Positions 49,435 through 58,267 of a stretch of 64,000 nucleotides of DNA are shown in pieces. Source of the stretch: an uncultured Oscillibacter sp. (lineage in GTDB: Bacteria > Bacillota > Clostridia > Oscillospirales > Oscillospiraceae); the NCBI RefSeq assembly GCF_910584465.1, contig NZ_CAJUBK010000001.1, forward strand, positions 116,852-180,851. The letters run 5' to 3'. The notes under the pieces are model-generated. The model was not told where the DNA came from. It was given only the letters and a program-made list of their open reading frames with translations, and made no database searches. Every line of letters starts with the position of its first letter. Positions within the stretch are counted from its first letter, which is position 1. The position numbers and the translations under genes are program-made.

Positions 49435-50369
49435 CTGAACAGGAATTGAGAAGCAAGGTTGTCAGTATCGCGCAGGGGTGGCTCGGCTGCAAGGAGAGCA
49501 ACGGCACCCATAAGCCCATCATCGACCTCTACAACAGCCACAAGCCGCTGGCGCGGGGCTACCCCGTGAAGTACACCGACGCATGGTGCAGCACCTTCGC
49601 CAGCGCGGTCGCTATCAAGGCCGGGCTGACCGACATCATCCCGACCGAGTGCGGCTGCGGGAAACACGTCGAGCTTTTCAAGAAGCTGGGGAGCTGGCAG
49701 GAGAACGACGCTTATGTGCCGTCCCCCGGCGACTACATCTTCTACGACTGGCAGGACGGCGCGAGCTACGCCACCACGGACAACACCGGGGCACCCGATC
49801 ATGTCGGCATCGTCGAGAAGGTCGGCGGCAGCTCCATCACCATCATCGAGGGCAACATGAGCAACGCCGTCGGGCGGCGCACCATCAAGGTCAACGGGCG
49901 CTATATCAGGGGCTACGGCGTACCCAAGTACGCGAGCAAGGCCAAGGACACCGGGACGGGCACAGGGGCCTCTACGGGCACCACAGCGCCCTCCACGGGC
50001 CTTTCTGTGGGCGACGTGGTGAACTTCACGGGCACCGCGCACTACGCCAGCAGCAACGCCACCGCGCCCAAGAGCTGCAAGCCGGGCCGGGCCAAGATCA
50101 CAGCGACCGCCAAGGGCGCGAAGCACCCCTACCACCTTATCGCGGAGAGCGGAGGCGGCAGCAGCGTTTACGGATGGGTGGACGCTGCGGACATCGGCAG
50201 CACCACAGCGAGCGCGGCCCGGACGTACACCGTCCGCAAGGGCGACAGCCTTTGGGCTATCGCTGCCAAGCTGCTCGGCAACGGGAGCCGCTACACGGAA
50301 ATCAAGAGCCTCAACGGGCTTTCCGGCGATACCATCCACGCCGGGCAGGTCTTGAGGCTCCCGGACTAA
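49431..50369 (+). CDS. Endolysin: CHAP domain plus C-terminal LysM
   Basis: AWCSTF, PGD.IFYDW, DHVGIV, IEGN; YTVRKGDSLWAIA LysM. Confidence 0.9.
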   Translation: MTEQELRSKVVSIAQGWLGCKESNGTHKPIIDLYNSHKPLARGYPVKYTDAWCSTFASAVAIKAGLTDIIPTECGCGKHVELFKKLGSWQENDAYVPSPGDYIFYDWQDGASYATTDNTGAPDHVGIVEKVGGSSITIIEGNMSNAVGRRTIKVNGRYIRGYGVPKYASKAKDTGTGTGASTGTTAPSTGLSVGDVVNFTGTAHYASSNATAPKSCKPGRAKITATAKGAKHPYHLIAESGGGSSVYGWVDAADIGSTTASAARTYTVRKGDSLWAIAAKLLGNGSRYTEIKSLNGLSGDTIHAGQVLRLPD

Positions 50370-50381
50370 AAGGAGGACACC

Positions 50382-50930
50382 ATGAAAGAATTTTTCTCTA
50401 CGCTTCTGCTCGCGGTAGTTTCCGCAGCCGTCCCGGTGCTCACAGCCTACGCCGTCGGCTACATCCGACAGGCCGGGAAGCGGGCGCAGGCGAGCACCGA
50501 CGACATCAAGGTACAGGGCTACCTCAAGGAGATCACCGACGCGATCTCCGACGCGGTGGAGGCCACCAGCCAGACCTACGTTGACGCACTGAAAAAGGCT
50601 GGGAGCTTCACGGCGGAGGCACAGGCAGAGGCCGCAAAGCGGGCGCTCACCGCCTGTATCGCCTCCATCAGCCCGGCGGCCAATGCCTTTATCAAATCCG
50701 CCTACGGCGACTTGGAGAAGTATCTCGCCAACCGCATCGAGGCGGAGGTGCGCAAGCAGAAAAAGGAGGAACCCGCAACGCTGGCGCTCCCTGTGTTGGA
50801 GAGCGCCGTGCCGGACACCAAGGCTATTGCCGCGACCTGCGCCGCAGCGACGGCGGCAGCCGTCACGCAGGTAGCCATCAATCAGCCCGCCACCGGGCAG
50901 GCCCCCGCGCCGGAGCAGCAGAACGAATAA
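50382..50930 (+). CDS. Putative holin (LL-H-like)
   Basis: N-terminal TM, AV..TSQTYVD.LK, IEAEV. Confidence 0.65.
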   Translation: MKEFFSTLLLAVVSAAVPVLTAYAVGYIRQAGKRAQASTDDIKVQGYLKEITDAISDAVEATSQTYVDALKKAGSFTAEAQAEAAKRALTACIASISPAANAFIKSAYGDLEKYLANRIEAEVRKQKKEEPATLALPVLESAVPDTKAIAATCAAATAAAVTQVAINQPATGQAPAPEQQNE

Positions 50931-50943
50931 CACCACAGCAGAC

Positions 50944-50987
50944 AGCCCCTCTCTCGGAGACATCCGGGGGAGGGGCTTTATTTTTTT
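50944..50987 (+). terminator. Intrinsic terminator ending the late operon
   Basis: AGCCCCTCTCTCGGA-GACA-TCCGGGGGAGGGGCT followed by a T-rich tract. Confidence 0.8.
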
Positions 50988-51046
50988 GCCCCGAAATGGG
51001 GCAAAGTCAACAAATGCGGCGCTGGAAATACAGCGCAGTCAACAAA

Positions 51047-51157
51047 TGTCCCGTTTCGTGGCAAAATTTCTGAAAAATGGTTGACAATGTCCCAAATAGG
51101 GACTATAATAAGGGCACAGTCAAGGACAGGACACAACGAATTACCCGATACGGGTCA
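51047..51157 (+). promoter_or_regulatory. Consensus sigma-A promoter with three 17-bp operator-like palindromes
   Basis: TTGACA(51081)-17 bp-TATAAT(51104); TGWCCC-N5-GGGWCA-like sites at 51047, 51088 and 51141. Confidence 0.85.
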
Positions 51158-51175
51158 CGACATAGGAGGTACAAC

Positions 51176-51841
51176 ATGAACGAGTACAAAATCACCTACA
51201 CTGGCGAGAGCGAGGGCTACCAGCTCGTCACAGAGCGCACCGAGGCCGCTGCCAAGAAGTTCTTCCTCTCCGCGCACAAGGGAATCAAGCTCGACATCAC
51301 CAGCATTGAGTTGTACCGCGAGAACGCAATCGCCACCAAGCAGCAGGAGCGGGACACGCTGGCGGCCATCAGGAAGATGGTCGAGGAGCTGGGGCCGCAG
51401 AGCTACCTTGCCACCGCGTTTGATGGGTGCTTCGAGGACGCGGAGAACAACATTGAGAACGACTTCGGCGACAGCTACAAGCGGCGCTGCAAGAGCTTGG
51501 AGGCGAAGCTCGACACGGCCCGGCAGGAGGTCGAGGAGCTGAAAGCCCATGAGCGCTCCATGAAGGAGACCATCGACAGGCTCCAGCAGGAGAACGAGGA
51601 GGCGGAGGCCCGGCAGGTCACGGAGACCGACCTCGTACACCTTATCCGGCTGGCAGAGGAAGACCTCGCGGCGGCGGAGCAGCGGCGGGATGCAGCGGCG
51701 CAGGACATCGTGACCTACGCGGACGACCCGGCCAGCGATCAGTTCCGGCAGGCGGTCGCAGCCCACAGAAACGCGAGCAGCAGCGTTGAGGCCAAAAAGG
51801 AGCGGCTGGCCCGCCTCAACAGCATCAGGAACGCAGGCTAA
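51176..51841 (+). CDS. Hypothetical coiled-coil early protein
   Basis: RBS AGGAGG with ATG at 51176. Confidence 0.65.
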   Translation: MNEYKITYTGESEGYQLVTERTEAAAKKFFLSAHKGIKLDITSIELYRENAIATKQQERDTLAAIRKMVEELGPQSYLATAFDGCFEDAENNIENDFGDSYKRRCKSLEAKLDTARQEVEELKAHERSMKETIDRLQQENEEAEARQVTETDLVHLIRLAEEDLAAAEQRRDAAAQDIVTYADDPASDQFRQAVAAHRNASSSVEAKKERLARLNSIRNAG

Positions 51842-51953
51842 TTTTTTACAACAAAATGACGCGATACGGGGCGCAACTGTTTCACATGAAACGACGCTGA
51901 CGCGATACGGGACGAGCTGACCTATCGGCGAGACGGGGAGAAAGGATTGCAAC

Positions 51954-52172
51954 ATGAAATACGGTGAATTTCCACTGATTACGCGGGAGGAGCTTACAGA
52001 GCTCTCTATGCTGAAAGACCACGTTCTCTACTCCGATGAAATCGAGGATATGCCGAAAGAGGAGCAGGAGAAGGTCTACGGCTACTGCAAGGCCCACGGG
52101 AACCTCAAGGCCTGCCGCGAGAATCTGCGGCAAATCCGATACGCAGTCGCAAAGATTTACTTCGGATGGTAA
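51954..52172 (+). CDS. Hypothetical early protein
   Basis: RBS AAAGGA. Confidence 0.55.
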   Translation: MKYGEFPLITREELTELSMLKDHVLYSDEIEDMPKEEQEKVYGYCKAHGNLKACRENLRQIRYAVAKIYFGW

Positions 52173-52174
52173 AA

Positions 52175-52236
52175 GCCGAAACGGGCCGCAGGCCCGTCGC
52201 CGGGAGCCGCCCTACCCGGCCTGACGATGGCAGGGC
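52175..52236 (+). ncRNA. Hammerhead ribozyme, type II, with pseudoknot
   Basis: GCC-GAAA-CGGGCC(GCA)GGCCCG-UC-GCCGGG(loop)CCCGGC-CUGACGA-U-GGC-AGGGC; tail AGGGC is complementary to loop GCCCU. Confidence 0.85.
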
Positions 52237-52257
52237 AATAGAAAGGAGTGCTGAACC

Positions 52258-52695
52258 ATGACAGCATTAGAGCAGAGAATCAACGCCCTCTTTGAGGAGC
52301 TTGTACCCGCCAGCGGCAAGGCGGACACCGTGGCCGGAGAGATCATCCGGGCCGTTTCCCGGATTACCTATCGCAACTACAACGACGGCGATCACGTCGG
52401 CGTTGGGTACGGGAACGAGACCTGCAACCCGGCGGCCCGGTATCTCGGCGAGGTGGCTGGCAGCCACGTCCAGCAGGCCGTCATTGATATGTGGGGTGTC
52501 GCCGACGACGACCGCTACAACAAGGCCGTCGAGAACCTTGAGGAAAAGGTGCTGGCCTATCTCGACGAGCACCCGGAGCTTAAAACGACCCCCAATACCG
52601 AGGATATGTGGGACTACATCGACCGCTTCGAGGACAGGGACGACAGCGAGGACGAGGCAGAGGAAGACGAGGACGGCGAGGAGGAGGAATTGTAA
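52258..52695 (+). CDS. Hypothetical protein with acidic tail
   Basis: RBS AAAGGAG; LVPASGKADTVAGEIIRA..RI.Y..YNDG. Confidence 0.65.
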   Translation: MTALEQRINALFEELVPASGKADTVAGEIIRAVSRITYRNYNDGDHVGVGYGNETCNPAARYLGEVAGSHVQQAVIDMWGVADDDRYNKAVENLEEKVLAYLDEHPELKTTPNTEDMWDYIDRFEDRDDSEDEAEEDEDGEEEEL

Positions 52696-52931
52696 TGCTC
52701 AAGCAAGAGTACCGCTGCGGTATCTACTACTTCAACCGGGAGGAGCCGCAGGACGCTCGCCTTATCGAGGAGGTCAGCTTCACGGTCGAGGGGGAGGACA
52801 GGAACGCTCTCGACCTCGCGGCCACCGAGAAGATGGACGGGATCAGCCGGGGCCTCAAAGACGGCCAGTACATCGACGACATCAAATGGGGCGACCCGCA
52901 GGAGGCCGCCCCGGAGGAGGATTGGTTATGA
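52695..52931 (+). CDS. Small acidic hypothetical protein
   Basis: TAATG overlap. Confidence 0.55.
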   Translation: MLKQEYRCGIYYFNREEPQDARLIEEVSFTVEGEDRNALDLAATEKMDGISRGLKDGQYIDDIKWGDPQEAAPEEDWL

Positions 52932-53305
52932 AACTTGACAGAACCTTTTCGCGGGAAATCGAGAAGGCCGCGAACGGCGACGGGAGCCGGGAGGCGCGTT
53001 TCGCGTTCTTGAACCCGGCGAGGGAGGCAGCCAAAAAGCTCTCCACACCGAACGTCAGGCGCGAGTTCGACAACATCCTCCGGGAGTATGGGCTGGCAAC
53101 GGTTGGCCTCTGCGTTGCGGTCACCGTTTGGGAGCGCAGGGACAGGCTCGAAAGCCGGACGGTGCGGTGGGCTATGGAGGTTTTGAAACTCTGGACGAAT
53201 AGGCCCAGCGACATCCTCTGCCTCTATATCTACGACAACCTCCACCCCTCCCGCATCGAGGAGTACGCTGGCTCGCTTATCAGGCTTACGACAGAGGAGG
53301 TGTAA
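52928..53305 (+). CDS. Hypothetical protein
   Basis: RBS GGAGG, ATGA overlap. Confidence 0.55.
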   Translation: MKLDRTFSREIEKAANGDGSREARFAFLNPAREAAKKLSTPNVRREFDNILREYGLATVGLCVAVTVWERRDRLESRTVRWAMEVLKLWTNRPSDILCLYIYDNLHPSRIEEYAGSLIRLTTEEV

Positions 53306-53309
53306 AGCC

Positions 53310-53768
53310 ATGAGGTATTACAGCACACAGCGCCCGGTCGGGCCGGGCACGTTCCCGCAGCCGGAGGGGAACAAGGTCTTGGAGATCGTCAACTTCGACG
53401 GCAAAATCTACTGCAAGGAATCCGACCGGGACTGCTGGGGCTACGTCGAGTACGAGAAGCCCTTGAGCGAGAAGGAGGCGGCCTCCTACGAGCTTGTGCG
53501 CGAACTGGCGCTCGACTTCTCCCAGCGGTATATGGCTACCAGCGGGACGAGCATCCTGCGAACCTTCGCCACAGCCGCAGAGCTGAACGATTGGTGGGAG
53601 GCGCAGAACACCGAGAGGCGCTATTTCTGCCGCCTCTACGACCGCAAGACGGGCATCGACATCCTCGGCTCACATTATATGTGGCTCAAGCCGGAGGAGC
53701 GCTTTCACGACGACCCGGACGACCCGCAGCAGAGCTTGTTCGACGACGAGGAGGGCGGACATGACTGA
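53310..53768 (+). CDS. Protein with DarA C-terminal-like (defence against restriction) domain
   Basis: YYSTQRPVGPGTFP...GYVEY..PL...A..YEL pattern, recognised from memory. Confidence 0.55.
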   Translation: MRYYSTQRPVGPGTFPQPEGNKVLEIVNFDGKIYCKESDRDCWGYVEYEKPLSEKEAASYELVRELALDFSQRYMATSGTSILRTFATAAELNDWWEAQNTERRYFCRLYDRKTGIDILGSHYMWLKPEERFHDDPDDPQQSLFDDEEGGHD

Positions 53769-53970
53769 GTATGCAAAGCGGTATTTGTCGGCGGGAGCGC
53801 CGGAGACCATCATGCACGGGGAGTACGAGGGGACGCTCGTAGACATTCAGCCTCTTGTTGACGGCCTTGTTTGCGGGATTTACCGCTTCCCCGGCGGGGA
53901 CTGCATCGGAGGGCCGACGATCCACCGCTCGAAACTGAGGCAGGAGGAGAGCAGCCGTGACAAGACGTGA
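53761..53970 (+). CDS. Small hypothetical protein
   Basis: RBS, coupled. Confidence 0.5.
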   Translation: MTEYAKRYLSAGAPETIMHGEYEGTLVDIQPLVDGLVCGIYRFPGGDCIGGPTIHRSKLRQEESSRDKT

Positions 53971-54157
53971 GGAAATCGACCTCGAAATCCGGCGGCAGGC
54001 GCTTCGCCTTTACCCACGCTGCGCAGCCCTTTTTGAGCTTCCTCTGATGGTTTACGCGCAGATCATACAGGACAACACCACGCGCAAAAATCCATACCGG
54101 GTGAGCGAGGCCCGGATAAGAAAAATCATCGGCTCTATGGCCGAGTTCAACAGGTGA
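53957..54157 (+). CDS. Small hypothetical protein
   Basis: RBS GGAGGAG with GTG start. Confidence 0.5.
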   Translation: MTRREEIDLEIRRQALRLYPRCAALFELPLMVYAQIIQDNTTRKNPYRVSEARIRKIIGSMAEFNR

Positions 54158-54172
54158 AAGGAGACAGCGACC

Positions 54173-54610
54173 ATGAACAAGTACGCAGAGCTTCGCCAGC
54201 GGCAGCAGGAGGAGTTTAACGCCCTCCCCCTCGGATTCGCTTTCAGCCGGAAGCAGTTCGACGAAATGATGCAGGAATGGGGCCTCGACCCGGAGAAAGA
54301 CCTCGACAAGCTCCTCCGCATCCCCGGCGGCGGGTACGTCCAGAAAAAGGACGCTGACCTGCTCCACCAGACGACGGAGCGCCACAGCGCGGAGATGGCG
54401 GCGGCCATTGCGGAGGACGAGACCGGGGAGGGCTTCATCTACGAAATGTTCCTATACGAGCTGGACAACCATGAGTACGGCTACACCAGAGACACCGAGG
54501 ACACGCTGGACGCGCTGGGCTACACGGCGGAGGAAGTTCTCAACGACCCACGGCTCAAGCGCGGAATCGAAAAGGCCGTCACGGAGATTTGCAAGAGGGA
54601 GGGGAACTAA
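54173..54610 (+). CDS. Hypothetical protein (FAFS..QF / YEL.NHEY motifs)
   Basis: RBS AAAGGAG; motif type common in Firmicutes mobile elements. Confidence 0.65.
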   Translation: MNKYAELRQRQQEEFNALPLGFAFSRKQFDEMMQEWGLDPEKDLDKLLRIPGGGYVQKKDADLLHQTTERHSAEMAAAIAEDETGEGFIYEMFLYELDNHEYGYTRDTEDTLDALGYTAEEVLNDPRLKRGIEKAVTEICKREGN

Positions 54611-54613
54611 TAT

Positions 54614-55339
54614 ATGTCCTGCTTCGTGATGAGCAATGAGCCGCTGGCGGCGCTGGCGAACGCCGTCGAGACCCGGCTCAACTGCGACTACAACTACTGG
54701 GGATTCAGTGCCCCGGACAGCCTCTACACCGCGCTGGCAGACTGCAAAACGTCCTGCACCTACTTCGCCGAGGACATCTACCGCAGGCTCTACGCGGTCA
54801 ACGTCCGGGCCTACAATGGGCGCTACGCAGACCATGAGGAGCCGGAGGACGAGGAGGCCCCGACAATCGACGGGAGCAAGTACATCATCCACCACCCGCC
54901 GGAGTACCGGGAGCACGGCTTCGCCGTCCGCCCGTGGCACTACCAGCTCGCCAAGCTCCTCGACTGCTGGCTCTACCAGACGGCAGAGGACGCGACATAC
55001 AAAGACCCCCTCCGGCTGGCTATGAAGGAGTTCCGGGACAACCTCTACTCCTTCATCGTCGGAAACAGCCCGGAATACGTTGATGCACCTTGGGGCGAGC
55101 TTCCCGCGCAGCCGGAGGCCCGGAAATCCCCGGTATTCCACATCAACACCGCGCCGGGAGAGGCTATGGCCCAAAAGGGCCACGCCTCCTACCCGGAGGA
55201 CTTTCCCCACCTCAAGCCCGGCGAGACCTTCACGGCATGGCGCGTCGAGGACGGCTGGGAGGTAGAGACGACACTCGACAGCGCGGCCCTCCTTGAGCGG
55301 CTGGAAGCGCTTCACAGGCAGGAGCCGGACAGTGTTTGA
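54614..55339 (+). CDS. Hypothetical protein
   Basis: RBS; L...N......RY and L.C.LYQ..E motifs. Confidence 0.6.
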   Translation: MSCFVMSNEPLAALANAVETRLNCDYNYWGFSAPDSLYTALADCKTSCTYFAEDIYRRLYAVNVRAYNGRYADHEEPEDEEAPTIDGSKYIIHHPPEYREHGFAVRPWHYQLAKLLDCWLYQTAEDATYKDPLRLAMKEFRDNLYSFIVGNSPEYVDAPWGELPAQPEARKSPVFHINTAPGEAMAQKGHASYPEDFPHLKPGETFTAWRVEDGWEVETTLDSAALLERLEALHRQEPDSV

Positions 55340-55622
55340 ACAGATCAGCCTTTTCGACCTCCTCCCGGAGGACACCATGGCGAGGTGTTCCATGGACGGC
55401 AGAACGGCCCCGGCCAATAGGCCGGAGCCGTGGATGAAGCGGCTCGTACCGAACGGGGAGTATTTCGTCCGCGTGGGCGACTATCCCCTCGTTCTCAAGC
55501 CTGTCCCCACGCAGGAGGAGGGCATACCAGAGGGCCACCACTACTACCATTACATCATCGGCGGACAGGTCTACGCCGGAGTGTTCGTCGGAACAGAAAC
55601 AGGAGGACAAGATGGAATATGA
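55332..55622 (+). CDS. Hypothetical protein starting EQISLF
   Basis: RBS AGGAG with GTG at 55332. Confidence 0.55.
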   Translation: MFEQISLFDLLPEDTMARCSMDGRTAPANRPEPWMKRLVPNGEYFVRVGDYPLVLKPVPTQEEGIPEGHHYYHYIIGGQVYAGVFVGTETGGQDGI

Positions 55623-56037
55623 ATTGATAAACCCCAGCGACCCCTACACCTTTATCGCGGCGGACTACGAGACGGCGGTGCTGACCGTCTTCTGCCTCGG
55701 CCCCGCCTACGGCGCAAGGCCGAAAGACGGCGGGGAGGAGGTGCCGATCTTCATCTTCGGCGGAGCCGTAGACTGGTACAAGGAGAAGTTCTTGCACACC
55801 CCGGACGACGGCCTCGACGAAAAGGGACAGGCCGTGGCGGACGCGCTGGCCTCGATGATGCTCGGCGACTTCGAGGACAGGCGGCGCTATGAGCTGGCCC
55901 TCTCCTCCATCGACGACCCGGAGAAAAAGGCGCGGTTTATCGACGGCTGGCAGGACGGGCGCAGCAGCTTGAACGACATCGGCGGCGAGGCCCATAAGCT
56001 CGCGGAGCGCATGAGAAAGAGGGTGAAGACGGCATGA
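55612..56037 (+). CDS. Hypothetical protein
   Basis: RBS AGGAGG; INPSDPYTF, SSLNDIG. Confidence 0.6.
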   Translation: MEYELINPSDPYTFIAADYETAVLTVFCLGPAYGARPKDGGEEVPIFIFGGAVDWYKEKFLHTPDDGLDEKGQAVADALASMMLGDFEDRRRYELALSSIDDPEKKARFIDGWQDGRSSLNDIGGEAHKLAERMRKRVKTA

Positions 56038-56285
56038 GAGGGAGCATTCACATCAGACCCGCCAGCGAGCATATCGCCTCCTGCAACGTCTGTCTCGCCC
56101 GGAACTACGACCCGGTTATCGAGACGGGGGTGGGGGAGAGGGTGGACACCCTCTATGAGATTCATGTCAGCAGCGGAGCCTCCGGCCTCTCGTTCTGCCT
56201 TTGCCGGGACTGCCTCTGCAAGCTGGTCGGTGAGGCGTACCTCGCCTGCAACCCTTCCAGCACGACAAAGGAGGGGACAGCATGA
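56034..56285 (+). CDS. Small zinc-binding protein
   Basis: CNVC...LCRDC. Confidence 0.55.
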   Translation: MRGSIHIRPASEHIASCNVCLARNYDPVIETGVGERVDTLYEIHVSSGASGLSFCLCRDCLCKLVGEAYLACNPSSTTKEGTA

Positions 56286-56647
56286 CACCAGAGCGGCAGG
56301 CGGAGCTTATTTCTGCGGCCTGCAAAGAGGCTGGGCTTGACAGCCACATCCGCCGGATTGAGCGCCGGAAAGAGGCGCAGACGTGGGCGGAGAAGATAGC
56401 CGTCCAGTTCATGCAGACCGGGCAGCAGTTCCCCGTGAAGAATAGCTATATGTTCTGCGACACGCTGGATATGTGCTTCTTCTACGGGCCGGGAGACACC
56501 CCGAAAGTGGCCTACGCAGGCCACGCCGGAGCGGACGAGAGGGACATCACCGAGGGCAAGCTCGTCGAGGCTTTCCGCAAGGCGGACACGGTTTTGCGGG
56601 CCATGAAGCGGCTCGCCGGGGAGGAGGCGCAGCATGGCAACGGTTAA
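56282..56647 (+). CDS. Hypothetical protein
   Basis: RBS, ATGA overlap. Confidence 0.55.
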   Translation: MTPERQAELISAACKEAGLDSHIRRIERRKEAQTWAEKIAVQFMQTGQQFPVKNSYMFCDTLDMCFFYGPGDTPKVAYAGHAGADERDITEGKLVEAFRKADTVLRAMKRLAGEEAQHGNG

Positions 56648-56846
56648 TATGGACAAGCTCGCGGAGCTGGACGGCCACTGGAACGAGGTCATGGAGCTGG
56701 CGGTCAAGTACGGCTTCATCACACAGGCCTACGGCGGGACGGCGATTCTGGTGACCCATAAAAATCAGCTTGAGGCCATTGGAGAGGAACTTTACCTCCA
56801 AAGGCAGCGCGGCATGAACGGTATCGACATGGAGGTGCAGACATGA
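56634..56846 (+). CDS. Small hypothetical protein
   Basis: RBS GGAGG; YGFITQAYGG. Confidence 0.55.
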   Translation: MATVNMDKLAELDGHWNEVMELAVKYGFITQAYGGTAILVTHKNQLEAIGEELYLQRQRGMNGIDMEVQT

Positions 56847-57223
56847 TTTTCAACAGCAGCGATCACGCGGAGCGCTTCGCGGCGGCCATCCAGACCGCCG
56901 GGGCGGTCAGGGACGACGACACGATCAAGGGGGACTACGGGGCCAGCCTCTACATCCTCACGGGCCTCCCCGGCGTCTACAGCCGGGCGCAGCAGCACAT
57001 CCACCACGGCTACATCGACTTCGAGCCGATGCTCAACATGGGCCTCTCGACGGGCGAGACCATCCTCGTCGCGCTGGCCGGGAACCTCTACAACGGCGGC
57101 TTCTTTGACCGCTACACTCCGGAGGACATCGTGAGCTACTGCGACACGGACGGCGTTCTGCTTGCGGCGCGGGCCTTGACCCTCCGCAAGCAGCGGCTCG
57201 ACATCAACACCGTCTTCGACTGA
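56843..57223 (+). CDS. DUF6075-like protein
   Basis: F.S.DH.ERF, Y.ASLYIL, LSTGE..LV.LA.NLYNG. Confidence 0.55.
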   Translation: MIFNSSDHAERFAAAIQTAGAVRDDDTIKGDYGASLYILTGLPGVYSRAQQHIHHGYIDFEPMLNMGLSTGETILVALAGNLYNGGFFDRYTPEDIVSYCDTDGVLLAARALTLRKQRLDINTVFD

Positions 57224-57239
57224 AAGGGGGCGGAGCCGG

Positions 57240-57626
57240 ATGGCAACCTGCGGTGAATGCGAGTTCTTCGGGAATTACGTCGTTATGCTCCATTCCCCGG
57301 AGTGGGCGGCCAAGGAGGTGGCGGACGGCGTACTGGGCTACTACCACCCCTTCATCGGCTTCGACGAGAAACAGGGCGCAACCTGCACCTACGACAAGGA
57401 CGCATGGCACAAGCGCATCAGGATTTACGACAGCACCCCGGCCTGCGGCCAGTTCCAGCCACGGACGTGGTGCAGGCCGGAGAGCTGCCACAACTGCTCC
57501 CTGTGTCACGGGCGAATGAGCGACGGCTCCTTCCTTTGCTCCGGCTGGCCCTTCTACAAGAAGGAGGGGGACACCCCCTGCCAGAACGGGCAGGCGAAAC
57601 TCGGAGAGCAGCTAAAGCTATTCTGA
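57240..57626 (+). CDS. Cys-rich hypothetical protein
   Basis: Multiple CxxC motifs; ends EQLKLF. Confidence 0.55.
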   Translation: MATCGECEFFGNYVVMLHSPEWAAKEVADGVLGYYHPFIGFDEKQGATCTYDKDAWHKRIRIYDSTPACGQFQPRTWCRPESCHNCSLCHGRMSDGSFLCSGWPFYKKEGDTPCQNGQAKLGEQLKLF

Positions 57627-57633
57627 TACTTTA

Positions 57634-57930
57634 GGGATATTTCCGTCACGGAAAAACCCGAATATCCCCGGCCCGGTTTTCGATTTTTTTGAATTACCGA
57701 AAACAGCCGGGAAAAACGGGCAAAAAATCAGAAAAAATACCGATTTTCCAATTCCGTTTCCGGGCCGGAAAAACCACGGTCACATAGTTTCCGGGGAGAA
57801 AACGTAGTTATCAGGCCCGGAAAGGAGAGAAAAGCCCACGACAACGGTATTTCCGGCGACGGAAAGCCCTATAGTAAAGTAAAGGAGAGTAAAGTATAGT
57901 AGAGTAAAAGAAAAAGTACAAAAAGAAAAA
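57634..57930. repeat. Iteron-like TTTCCG..GGAAA palindromes, A-tracts and AGTAA repeats (putative replication origin)
   Basis: Copies at 57640, 57757, 57788, 57809 and 57850; AGTAAAGTAAAGGAGAGTAAAGTA at ~57873. Confidence 0.6.
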
Positions 57931-57946
57931 CGCACAGGAGGTTATC

Positions 57947-58267
57947 ATGGAAACAGGCGATTTTCGTGCGAAATGGTTTGGCAGGAGCGCCACCGTCACA
58001 CCGCCCACGCCGGAGGAACGGCAGCGGCGCAAGATGGACTACCTGCGCAACCTTGCCGCCTCGCCGCTCGCGGAGGAACTTGTGGAGCGTATCGAGCTGC
58101 CGGAGATTCAAGAGGCAGAGGACGCTTTCAAGCAGGCCCTCGCGGAGATCACCGACCCGGAGGCGCGGGACAGACTGGACACGGCGGCGGGCAGAATCTC
58201 GGCCGCCTACCAGCTTCTCGGCTTCTGCGTCGGGCACACCGCGCAGAGCAGCGAGGCCATTTTTTAG
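57947..58267 (+). CDS. Last prophage gene, small helical protein next to the junction
   Basis: RBS AGGAGG; stops ~30 bp from the junction. Confidence 0.65.
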   Translation: METGDFRAKWFGRSATVTPPTPEERQRRKMDYLRNLAASPLAEELVERIELPEIQEAEDAFKQALAEITDPEARDRLDTAAGRISAAYQLLGFCVGHTAQSSEAIF

